Origin: an uncultured Chthoniobacteraceae bacterium
Lineage (GTDB): Bacteria; Verrucomicrobiota; Verrucomicrobiia; Chthoniobacterales; CAKUMP01
NCBI GenBank assembly: GCA_964443575.1
Contig: CAYUDZ010000003.1
Coordinates: 1-46,633, forward strand
Length of the DNA: 46,633 nucleotides
Reading direction: 5' to 3'
This document shows positions 36,805-44,646 of the stretch, one piece after another. The translations under genes were made by a program, and so were the position numbers. Every line of letters begins with the position of its first letter. Positions within the stretch are counted from its first letter, which is position 1. The notes beneath the pieces were generated by a model. It searched no databases, was not told where the DNA came from, and was given only the letters and a program-made list of their open reading frames with translations.

Positions 36805-36855
36805 CCGATCTGCATTTATGCTCAGCGAATTCCTCAGTTTTTTGGTAAAGCCGGC

Positions 36856-37038
36856 GAGCCCGGATCCATCACAAACTTCGTAGCGAGACGCAGCGTGTGG
36901 TGCTTGGATACAAGGCGGGCGCAGGATTTCGCTGTGAGCTGTATGAGTACATACTGTAAATAGCGAAATTCAAGCCCAACGCTGTAGACAAGTGCCTCCC
37001 GCCAGTCACAGCAGATGGCTTGTGATTGATTCGGGCTA
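36856..37038. mobile_element. Full-length MITE-like element (about 183 bp) with 21-bp imperfect terminal inverted repeats (copy 2)
   Basis: The left end is gagcccggatccatcacaaac. The right end reverse-complements to tagcccgaatcaatcacaagc (17/21 identical by hand count). Internal inverted repeats are present (ggatttcgct / agcgaaattc). There is no credible ORF. The left 35 bp recurs at 16912 and 42667. Confidence 0.75.
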
Positions 37039-37066
37039 ATTGATTGTTGAGTTGATTCATTTTACC

Positions 37067-37253
37067 AAAAAAAAATTACCCCGCAGTGCCGTTCTGGTGA
37101 AGCTCCCGTTCCCTCTTTGCAAGGGCGGATGACCATCGGGGCAATGTCTGACTTCCTGTAAAAGGCCTGTCATATTCTGCCACGAACCAGCCTCCTAGGA
37201 GCAATTTATATCGGTTCGGGACTTTCACCGTGTTACTCGAACACCGCAGGGTA
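37067..37253 (-). ncRNA. ssrS: Candidate 6S RNA (ssrS-like), about 180 nt, ending in a U-run
   Basis: Hand fold of the minus strand. The closing helix pairs UACCCUGCGGUG (37253-37242) with CACUGCGGGGUA (37088-37077). A second helix pairs GGUGAA/UUCACC plus UCCCG/CGGGA, and there is a large asymmetric central bubble. The apical hairpin is GGCAG-AAUA-UGAC...GUCA-GACA-UUGCC. Nine U residues follow the closing helix. The 5' bubble flank AGUCCCGAACCGAUAU resembles E. coli 6S AGUCCCCUGAGCCGAUAU, and the 3' bubble hairpin CCCUUGCAAAGAGGG resembles CCUUGAACCAAGG. The E. coli sequences are recalled from memory, not computed. Confidence 0.6.
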
Positions 37254-37287
37254 AATTTTATGAAATTTGTTGGAAAAGAACAGTGAC

Positions 37288-39657
37288 TTAGTCGCGCAGT
37301 TCTGCCGGTATTTTCCCACTTAACTCGTCCATTATCCGGCTATGGGCTGCGCTAACTTCGTCTGCTGTTAGTGTGCGCTCGGGAGAGCGGTAAGTCAAGG
37401 AATAGGCCATGGATTTTTTGTCAGCAGGCAACTTTTTTCCTTCCGGGTCGGTGAACACATCGAATAGTCGAACTTCGTTAAGCAGCGGCTCTGCAGTACC
37501 GGTAAGCACAGCCTCTATTTGGGCATGACTCACCTCAGCCGGAACAACCAGCGATATATCGCGCGTAACTGCCGGGAACTTAGGGAGTTCTGAGTATTTG
37601 CGTGCATGCTTGACTTGCTTTCGGAGCAAGCCGAGATCTAATTCTGCCAATAACACAGCCTGCTCGATCCCCAACTGCCGGGCTCGCGCCGGATCAAGCT
37701 GACCGATAAAGCCAATAGTAACTCCGGCAACTGCCAGTTTGGCAGCCAATGCAGCTTTGCCTTGAGTGCATGGTACGATCTCGAATTCAACCATCGGTAG
37801 CGATTCGAACGCGCCTTTCATATCGAAGATATCCAGCAGTCTGGAATCTTTAGTATGCCAACTATAGGTCGCCGCCGCCTTACCGGTCAGCAATTGCGCC
37901 AGCATGGTACGCTCCTCCTGGTCTGCTTGTGCAGAAAAGACCCGGCCAATTTCGAATAATTGGATCGCTTCGGTACCCTGCCTCACGTTCAGTGCTGCTG
38001 CCTTCAACAAGCCGGGCAGCAGGCTGGGGCGCAGGATCGCACTATCTGCGCCAAGCGGGTTACGGATCGCCAAAGGCTGGCTCATCTCGAAAATGTCATC
38101 CGCCGCCATTTCGCTTGATATCAATGTAAGTGATCTAGCCTCAAAATAGCCCGCCCCCGCTAGGTATCGGCTGATGTTAAGTTGAAAGTCATAGACGCGG
38201 TCAGCCTCGGAGATCTCGCTCATCCAGGCTTCTCTCTTGGCCGGCACCTTATCCAGTCCCTCTACCCTTGCTACTTCTTCGACCAGGTCGATTTCACGAG
38301 TAAGATCAGGTCGGAACGATGGCACCTGCCAGGTAGTGGACTGCTTGGTCTTCGCACTCAGCTCGAGGCCAAACGAGCGCAGGAGTTCTATTATCCTCTC
38401 ACGCTCGACTTCATAACCCATGACCGATTGACACTTGGCATCGCGCAGCGCAATCGGTTCGCTGCCGTCCGGCAGGCTGCCACAACTTTCCAGTCCACCG
38501 GTGACCTTGCCCCCGGCAATCTCGACAATAAGTTGTGCTGCACGTGCAGCGGCAGCTGCCACCCCTAGCGGATCAACCCCTCGCTCGAAGCGATAGCTAC
38601 TATCAGAAAAGAGTCCCAGTTTCCTGCTGGTACGCCGAATTACCGCAGGCGCAAACAATGCGCTCTCCAGGATGATCGATGACGTCTGCTCGGTCACCCC
38701 GGTAGGCTCTCCGCCCATCACTCCAGCCACTGCAACCGGCCCGCTGTCATCTGCAATGACCAGGTTATTCTTGTCCAAATCGTATTGCTCACCATCCAGC
38801 GCTACAATTGTTTCACCGTCACTGGCAAACCGCACATTAATACCACCACTTAACTTATCAGCATCGAAAGCATGCAGCGGTTGCCCGGTTTCCAGTAGCA
38901 CAAAATTGGTAATGTCGACCACCGAATTGATCGGGCGTAAGCCGGCCGCCGTCAATTTCTCAACCAGCCACGCAGGGCTGGGCCCGACCGCCACCCCGGC
39001 GATCCGGGTAGCCGAGTAATACGGGCAGGCATCGGCATCATCGCTACGCACTTGCAACTGGCCTTTGCCTTTGGCTAGTGCCTTGACCTCCGGGCGCTTT
39101 ACGGTGCCGCCGGTCAGCGCGGCCAGTTCGCGTGCGATCCCCAAGTAGCCAAGTAAATCAGGCCGGTTAGGGGTCACCTCGATCTCGATGATGGTGTCAC
39201 CCTTTAGCCAATCGCTGATCGGCATGCCCACCGGCGCATCCGCAGCAAGTATCATTAAACCATCCGCATCTTCGGCCAATTCCAGTTCTTTGGCGCTACA
39301 TAACATTCCATTGGAAGCAACTCCACGTAGCTTGCCTTTTTTTATTTTGAAGTTGCCGGGCAGGACCGCGCCAGGCAATGCCAGTGGCACTTTGTCACCG
39401 ACTTTGTAATTCTTGGCGCCACAGACAATCTGGCGTAACTCATCGCCACCGTCTTCAACCTGGCAAACGCTTAAGCGATCAGCATCCGGGTGCCTCTCAG
39501 ATGCAACCACTTTGGCCACAACCACATTCTTGGCATCGGTACCAGTGCGCTGGATCGCTTCGACTTCGACCCCGGCAAAAGTCAGCAAGCGCGACAACTC
39601 CTCGACGCCAAGTGTCACGGGCACATAATCCTGCAGCCAGTTTAAGGAAACTTTCAT
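37288..39657 (-). CDS. pheT: Phenylalanine--tRNA ligase beta subunit
   Basis: 789 aa. The start MKVSLNWLQDYV is characteristic of PheT. A tRNA-binding OB domain, B3/4, B5 and the FDX-ACB C-terminus were recognised. ATGA overlap with pheS. Confidence 0.95.
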   Translation of the reverse strand: MKVSLNWLQDYVPVTLGVEELSRLLTFAGVEVEAIQRTGTDAKNVVVAKVVASERHPDADRLSVCQVEDGGDELRQIVCGAKNYKVGDKVPLALPGAVLPGNFKIKKGKLRGVASNGMLCSAKELELAEDADGLMILAADAPVGMPISDWLKGDTIIEIEVTPNRPDLLGYLGIARELAALTGGTVKRPEVKALAKGKGQLQVRSDDADACPYYSATRIAGVAVGPSPAWLVEKLTAAGLRPINSVVDITNFVLLETGQPLHAFDADKLSGGINVRFASDGETIVALDGEQYDLDKNNLVIADDSGPVAVAGVMGGEPTGVTEQTSSIILESALFAPAVIRRTSRKLGLFSDSSYRFERGVDPLGVAAAAARAAQLIVEIAGGKVTGGLESCGSLPDGSEPIALRDAKCQSVMGYEVERERIIELLRSFGLELSAKTKQSTTWQVPSFRPDLTREIDLVEEVARVEGLDKVPAKREAWMSEISEADRVYDFQLNISRYLAGAGYFEARSLTLISSEMAADDIFEMSQPLAIRNPLGADSAILRPSLLPGLLKAAALNVRQGTEAIQLFEIGRVFSAQADQEERTMLAQLLTGKAAATYSWHTKDSRLLDIFDMKGAFESLPMVEFEIVPCTQGKAALAAKLAVAGVTIGFIGQLDPARARQLGIEQAVLLAELDLGLLRKQVKHARKYSELPKFPAVTRDISLVVPAEVSHAQIEAVLTGTAEPLLNEVRLFDVFTDPEGKKLPADKKSMAYSLTYRSPERTLTADEVSAAHSRIMDELSGKIPAELRD

Positions 39658-40685
39658 GACGGAAATTGGGACAAAAAGCGGATGTCGTTATCGATTAACA
39701 AGCGGATGTCCGGCAAACTGGTCAGCAACATGGCCAGCCGTTCCAGGCCGAAACCGAAAGCAAAGCCACTGACCATCTCCGGATCATACAAACGGTCGCC
39801 ACGGGTGCTGCAAACATTCTCAAACACTGCCGGATCAACCATACCACACCCTGCCAACTCCATCCAGAAGGGCTCGCGCCCGGCAGCCTGCAGCAGGATA
39901 TCAATCTCATAGCTGGGTTCAGTAAATGGGAAAAAGTGCGGGCGAAACCTGATCTCCGTGTCAGTACCAAACGTTTCATGCACGAGAAATTCCACGGTGC
40001 TCTTAAGGTCTGCCAGGGATACCTCGGGTGCAACATAGAGTCCTTCAATCTGGCTGAATTGCGAGAGATGGGTCGCATCCACTTCATCCCGGCGATAGCA
40101 CGCACCGGGTGCCATTACTCGCACCGGTGGCGGGTTATTCTCCATTACACGAATTTGTACCGGCGACGTCTGGGTCCTTAACAGCCTGCCATCAGGAAGG
40201 TAAAAAGTGTCCTGCTCGTTGCGTGCAGGATGATCAGTCGGGGTGTTCAAGGCATCGAAACAATGCCATTCCGATTCGATGTCAGGGCCATCCGCAATCG
40301 CGAACCCCATCCGCCGCATCACGGTAGTGAAGCGCTCAAGTAAACGCGTAATCGGATGCAACGCACCCCGGGCAGTCGGCCGACCCGGCAGGCTTAGATC
40401 AACCCCACGCAATTTCTCCGCGTCTGCGGCAGCCTGTAGCTCATCGCTTTTGGCGGCTAGTGATTCGGTCACTAGAGTGCGAACTTCATGGAGCATTTTG
40501 CCAATCTTCGGCTTATCCTCCTTGGATACATCCTTCATCCCGCTGCTGGCCTTGGAGACGTGGCCCGAGCGTCCCAGGAATGCGACCCGCAACGCCTCCA
40601 ATTCGGCATCGGTGGTCACTTGGGCTAACTCAGCAGTGAATTGACTGCGGATGTCCTGCAGTTGCTTTTCCATAGGCATGGTCAC
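39654..40685 (-). CDS. pheS: Phenylalanine--tRNA ligase alpha subunit
   Basis: 343 aa with class II aaRS motifs (HPARNEQDTFY, FRPHFFPFTEPS, GFAFGFGLERLAML). The annotated start is GTG; ATG codons 2 and 4 codons downstream are alternatives. Confidence 0.95.
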   Translation of the reverse strand: MTMPMEKQLQDIRSQFTAELAQVTTDAELEALRVAFLGRSGHVSKASSGMKDVSKEDKPKIGKMLHEVRTLVTESLAAKSDELQAAADAEKLRGVDLSLPGRPTARGALHPITRLLERFTTVMRRMGFAIADGPDIESEWHCFDALNTPTDHPARNEQDTFYLPDGRLLRTQTSPVQIRVMENNPPPVRVMAPGACYRRDEVDATHLSQFSQIEGLYVAPEVSLADLKSTVEFLVHETFGTDTEIRFRPHFFPFTEPSYEIDILLQAAGREPFWMELAGCGMVDPAVFENVCSTRGDRLYDPEMVSGFAFGFGLERLAMLLTSLPDIRLLIDNDIRFLSQFPS

Positions 40686-40731
40686 GGGTAAAAACCACCC
40701 GCAACGCGACTGTGTCGATGAATGACTCGAG

Positions 40732-41124
40732 CTACTTGGCCGAAGAGCTTTTCTCAGCAGAACTCTTCTGCTTTACCACCTGGGCGACATCCTCGACAAT
40801 CTTTTTGAATGCTTCCTCATCAGTAACGGCGATCTCGGCCAGCACTTTGCGATCGAGGTCGATCTTGGCGGCATTCAAGCCTTCAATAAAGCGGCTGTAG
40901 GTAATACCATGGGCGCGACAAGCCGCATTGATGCGGGTAATCCAGAGTTGGCGGAAATTACGCTTGCGGTTCTTGCGGTCACGGTAAGCCCAGTACTTGC
41001 CTTTCATCGTGGCATCTTTGGCATAGCGGAACAGCTTACCCCGCGCACCCCGGAACCCCGAGGCTTGCTCGATAACTTTCTTGCGTCGACGCCTGCTGGC
41101 AGGCGCATTGGTTGCTCTAGGCAT
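40732..41124 (-). CDS. rplT: 50S ribosomal protein L20
   Basis: 130 aa: MPRATNAPASRRRRKKVIEQASGFRGARGKLFRYAKD... Confidence 0.95.
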   Translation of the reverse strand: MPRATNAPASRRRRKKVIEQASGFRGARGKLFRYAKDATMKGKYWAYRDRKNRKRNFRQLWITRINAACRAHGITYSRFIEGLNAAKIDLDRKVLAEIAVTDEEAFKKIVEDVAQVVKQKSSAEKSSSAK

Positions 41125-41259
41125 TTTGTCTATTCACCCTCTCGGGTGCTCCTTCGGTCGTGCTGTTTTGTTATTCGACTCCCCTACCTCGCTCGACCGT
41201 TTATCCCGGCGTCTCAGTCCGCCAGGCAGGCGGGCAGTCGCTGAATTTACCAACCAGCC

Positions 41260-41469
41260 TCAGCTGAATGGCAAATTCTCCTTGATGCGTTTCTCGTCAG
41301 TCACATCAACCAGTGTTGATTTGCCAAGATTGCGCTTCCTCTTGGCATTCTTCGAACTCATGAGGTGGCGGGCGCCCGACTTGCGTCGTACGATTTTTCC
41401 CGTCCCGGTAAGCTTGAAGCGCTTCGAGACCGCTTTCCTGGTCTTGGCTTTTGCTGTGGATTTTGGCAT
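41260..41469 (-). CDS. rpmI: 50S ribosomal protein L35
   Basis: 69 aa: MPKSTAKAKTRKAVSKRFKLTGTGKIVRRKSGARHLM... Confidence 0.9.
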   Translation of the reverse strand: MPKSTAKAKTRKAVSKRFKLTGTGKIVRRKSGARHLMSSKNAKRKRNLGKSTLVDVTDEKRIKENLPFS

Positions 41470-42694
41470 TAGGGCGTGAAGACTATCGGGTTATCACCAC
41501 TTTTCAAGTAAAATTTCTCAACCTGACCATCGGCTCTGAGGATGCATGGCAGGACCTGCAGCAAATCACTGAACTGGGCAGAAGCTTATCTGCCGCATTT
41601 ACCGCCCTCGCGACGGTGCTGCTAGCGCTACTAGGCTTTAGCGTCTTTCGCTATGCTGGGTTTATTGTTATCGCGGTGTTGCTGCTGCTTAACCCCCATT
41701 TGTACGAGTTCGGGCACTTTTTTAAGGAAGACGGAGCCCTGCTGTTTGGGGTGGGTGCCACGCTGGCTGCATTGGCCTTTGCCGAGCATAAGCCCAACTA
41801 CCGGCGCTTTGCCATTGTGGGTCTCGCTACCGGGCTGGCTGTCAGCGCCAAATACATTGGTGTGCTGACACTCCTGGCCGCGCTGCTCTCAATCATTGCA
41901 GCGGCTGGTCCTGGCAATGTATCATTTGCCAGGAAGCTGGCTTTTGCCGGGGTTGTTCTTGTCGTTGCCCTGCCGTCTTTGGCATAATAAATATTGGGCC
42001 GCTGAGCGAACTGTCGCGGATGCAGTGGGCGCTCGAAAGCGAGATGCACAAAGTTAGCGGCTCTTCGGAGGCGACCCTGGTGTTGAACTGGAAAGCCGTG
42101 GACATGCTACGCAACGATTTTTCCAGGGTGGTCTGGTGGTTTGGTGGTGTCTACATAGTTGCCTTTGTGATGATGAAGTTCTGGCGCAGACCATCGCAAG
42201 TTGCACTGGTTGTATCTGGCCTGCTTTACGCTGGGGCGTTGCTCTATTCCGAACGCTTCTCGGGACGTTATGTCATGCCGCTCTCAGCTTGCGGTGTCAC
42301 CGCCGCCGCACTTGGCCTGCTATTTCTTGCCGCGTTGCTGGAAAAACTACGCCAACGCCTGCGCTTTGTCGCTGCTGGATGGACAAGGGCCATCCCGTAT
42401 GTCCTGCTCGTTGTAGCAACTGTTTATCTCATTCTGGAGTTTGAGAAGGTGCATTCTGTGATCCGCCAGGAATTTGCCGTGGATAGCAGGAGCGAAGTAG
42501 ATCAGTGGATCGCTGCTAATCTGCCTGCAAACAGCGCATTGCTGCACCAGCATGGCAAGTTGCTGCAGGAATGGCCACGTCAACGCGTTGCCGTACTTAA
42601 CCCCGGACTAAAAATTTACCGGTTGAACATAGCTGATGCGCCAACCGCTGTGGCAGACAATGCGGCTAGCCCGGATCAATCACAAACTTCGTAG
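41451..42694 (+). pseudogene. Decayed GT-C (GT39/GT83, ArnT/PMT-like) membrane glycosyltransferase gene: 5'-truncated, frameshifted near 41960-41990, 3' end replaced by a MITE
   Basis: Frame 0 (41451-41987) encodes FFKEDGALLFGVGATLAALAFAEHKPNYRRFAIVGLATGLAVSAKYIGVL. It has no in-frame ATG, and its only listed start overlaps rpmI. The reading continues in another frame (PAVFGIINIGPLSELSRMQWALE..., ORF 42020-42694). The first-loop acidic motif and first TM are missing. The last residues (SPDQSQTS*) are encoded by the repeat at 42667. Confidence 0.6.
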
Positions 42695-42752
42695 CGAGAC
42701 GCAGCGTGAGGTGCTTGGCCACTCACGCTGGCAGGCTGTAGAATTTGTGGTT
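42667..42752. repeat. Short MITE-like element variant (about 86 bp, copy 3)
   Basis: The left 35 bp (tagcccggatcaatcacaaacttcgtagcgagacg) matches copies 1 and 2, and the next 18 bp matches copy 2. There is an internal 9-bp-stem hairpin (cagcgtgag...ctcacgctg). The right end is degenerate (gctgtagaatttgtggtt). The element sits between the GT-C remnant and the recR stop codon. Confidence 0.7.
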
Positions 42753-43350
42753 ATCGCCGCTGCTCGATTGCGCGGCTGACGGTGAGGGTGTCAACATGAT
42801 CGAGCCCGCCACCCGCAGGCAACCCTTGGGCAAGGCGCGTAATCTGCACCTGGTAGCCGGACATTTTCTCAGCCAGAAAGCTGGCAGTCGCCTCACCTTC
42901 CACATCGCTGCTAAGGGCCAGGATCACTTCTAGCTGCTCGCTATCTGCCACCCGTTCCAGTAAGCTGTTGATCCGTAAGTCTTCCGGGCCAACACCATCC
43001 AACGGCGACAGGCGACCGCCCAGCACATGATAACTGCCATTGTACGCACCAGAGCGCTCAATCGGCAGGACGTCCGTCGGATGCTCAACAACGCATAGCA
43101 TTCCGCTATCCCGGTGCTCGGCCGTGCAAACTGCACAATTGCCTGCAGCTAAAAAAAATCCGCAAACTGGACAAAAACCAACGCCCCGGTGAGCCTGCTC
43201 CAACGCAGCTGCCAACTCAACCGGTCGCGCATCAGCCGATTGCATCAGCCACAGGGCAATCCGCTCGGCACTACGTGGACCAACCCCGGGCAACCGCTTG
43301 AATTGCAGCACTAGGTTCTGGATTTGCTCGGGCAGCTCAATCCGCTTCAT
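42751..43350 (-). CDS. recR: Recombination mediator protein RecR
   Basis: 199 aa with an HhH motif (LPGVGPRSAERIALWL), a C4 zinc finger (CPVCGFFLAAGNCAVC) and Toprim (LCVVEHPTDV). ATGA overlap with the upstream gene. Confidence 0.9.
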   Translation of the reverse strand: MKRIELPEQIQNLVLQFKRLPGVGPRSAERIALWLMQSADARPVELAAALEQAHRGVGFCPVCGFFLAAGNCAVCTAEHRDSGMLCVVEHPTDVLPIERSGAYNGSYHVLGGRLSPLDGVGPEDLRINSLLERVADSEQLEVILALSSDVEGEATASFLAEKMSGYQVQITRLAQGLPAGGGLDHVDTLTVSRAIEQRR

Positions 43351-44606
43351 CGGACAGCAGTATCCGAAAGCTTGCGAATCGAGGCGTCAGACGGGTTCTC
43401 GAATGATTCTAGCATCAAGGCCCGCTCTTGATAATATGCTACCAGCGGATCCTCCTGGCTCAACTGATCGAGGATTTCACGTGCTTTGGCAGTTTCCCGC
43501 TCACGAGTCAGGACAACTGCCTCCCAGAAACTCGCGGCAGACTCAATAACATTCTCGTCGACCTCACCAACCCTACCTAGCGGCTGATAGATCTCTACCG
43601 GTACCCCGTCAGCACCGTAAACCATGTCGATCGGACGAAATACGAATTCCTTCTCACAAGCCACGTAGGTGGAGCCCGCCACGGCAGCCGTAACGCTGTA
43701 ATCATTGCAAATACGCGGCAGGCGCCAGGCAAAATCAACGACCTCACCGGACGCGCTGTAACTGCTGAGCGGGCGGGCACCGTAGGTTGCCGCCACGACA
43801 TCTCCACTATTCATGCCAATCGCAAAATCCAGCCGACGATGCCATTCCGCTTCGATCTCACCGTTGAGGTTACGCAGCTTGCGCTCCAACTCCAGGACGC
43901 AATCCAGTGCCAGCGCTTCATGGCCAAACTCATCCATTACCGCGCCAAACACACAGCGAACACCCTCACCATCGCAAACATCAATATACCCCCCCTGTTC
44001 GACCAAATAGTCGGCAGTGCAACCAAGCCAGCGATTGATAATCGCAACATACTCGTCGGGCTCAATATCCTCCATAATTTCGGTATGATTGAATACCCGG
44101 CACACTAGGACACTGGCATGGCGGACCCTGCCAGAAAATTCTATCGGTGACTTTTCATCCAGAAATTGCATGTATTTGGGTTCCGAAATCCTCGACCCAA
44201 ATAGCTGCCGCAGCTGTAACTTCCGTCGGCCCGGCTTGCTGCGCGCATAAATCATGGCAATCCCAAAAGACAGCACCACTGCTGCCGCCGCCGGAAGCGG
44301 CGAGAAGAAAACACCAAACAGACTGGCTATGTAGAGTGTCCCTGCCAACTCAAGCAAGCCAACGATCGGGACAAAGTACTTCAACGGAGTACGGATAATA
44401 TCAATCGTCGTCCAGGCTATCGCCAAAGCACAAAACCCAATCACCGCAAATTGATAATAGTGGATCCGGTAAGCTTCCTCCAGCGGCAGCCCAACCAGCT
44501 TGCATAAAGCCAAATCAACCTGGTAGAAAAGCCCAAAGTACATCATCAGGCTGACCGCCACCACCACCAGTAAACCAATCAGCAGACTTATCTTTAAATA
44601 TCGCAT
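43347..44606 (-). CDS. Membrane protein with 4 N-terminal TM helices and a degenerate class III nucleotidyl-cyclase-homology domain
   Basis: 419 aa. The cyclase-homology pattern is SVLVCRVFNHTEIMEDIEPDEYVAIINRWL...GGYIDVCDGEGVRCVFG...IGMNSGDVVAATYG...SGEVVDFAWRL. The metal-ligand and Asn positions are substituted (see findings). Confidence 0.65.
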   Translation of the reverse strand: MRYLKISLLIGLLVVVAVSLMMYFGLFYQVDLALCKLVGLPLEEAYRIHYYQFAVIGFCALAIAWTTIDIIRTPLKYFVPIVGLLELAGTLYIASLFGVFFSPLPAAAAVVLSFGIAMIYARSKPGRRKLQLRQLFGSRISEPKYMQFLDEKSPIEFSGRVRHASVLVCRVFNHTEIMEDIEPDEYVAIINRWLGCTADYLVEQGGYIDVCDGEGVRCVFGAVMDEFGHEALALDCVLELERKLRNLNGEIEAEWHRRLDFAIGMNSGDVVAATYGARPLSSYSASGEVVDFAWRLPRICNDYSVTAAVAGSTYVACEKEFVFRPIDMVYGADGVPVEIYQPLGRVGEVDENVIESAASFWEAVVLTRERETAKAREILDQLSQEDPLVAYYQERALMLESFENPSDASIRKLSDTAVR

Positions 44607-44646
44607 CGCTATTCAAGTAATTGCCATAAAAGGCAAAGTTATACTA

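Noticed and set aside
36869-37060. A 63-aa minus-strand ORF in the pheT-kinase gap
   Set aside because: It is entirely made of the MITE-like palindrome plus the region after the 6S terminator. It has no RBS context or motif.
37218-37229. GGUGAAAGUCCC on the minus strand, first read as an RNase P CR-I (GAGGAAAGUCC) motif or a cobalamin-riboswitch core, with AAGUCAGACAUUGCC as a B12-box-like element
   Set aside because: The locus is too short for RNase P RNA. The cobalamin core elements that should follow are absent, and no downstream gene exists to regulate. The overall fold and flanking similarity fit 6S RNA better.
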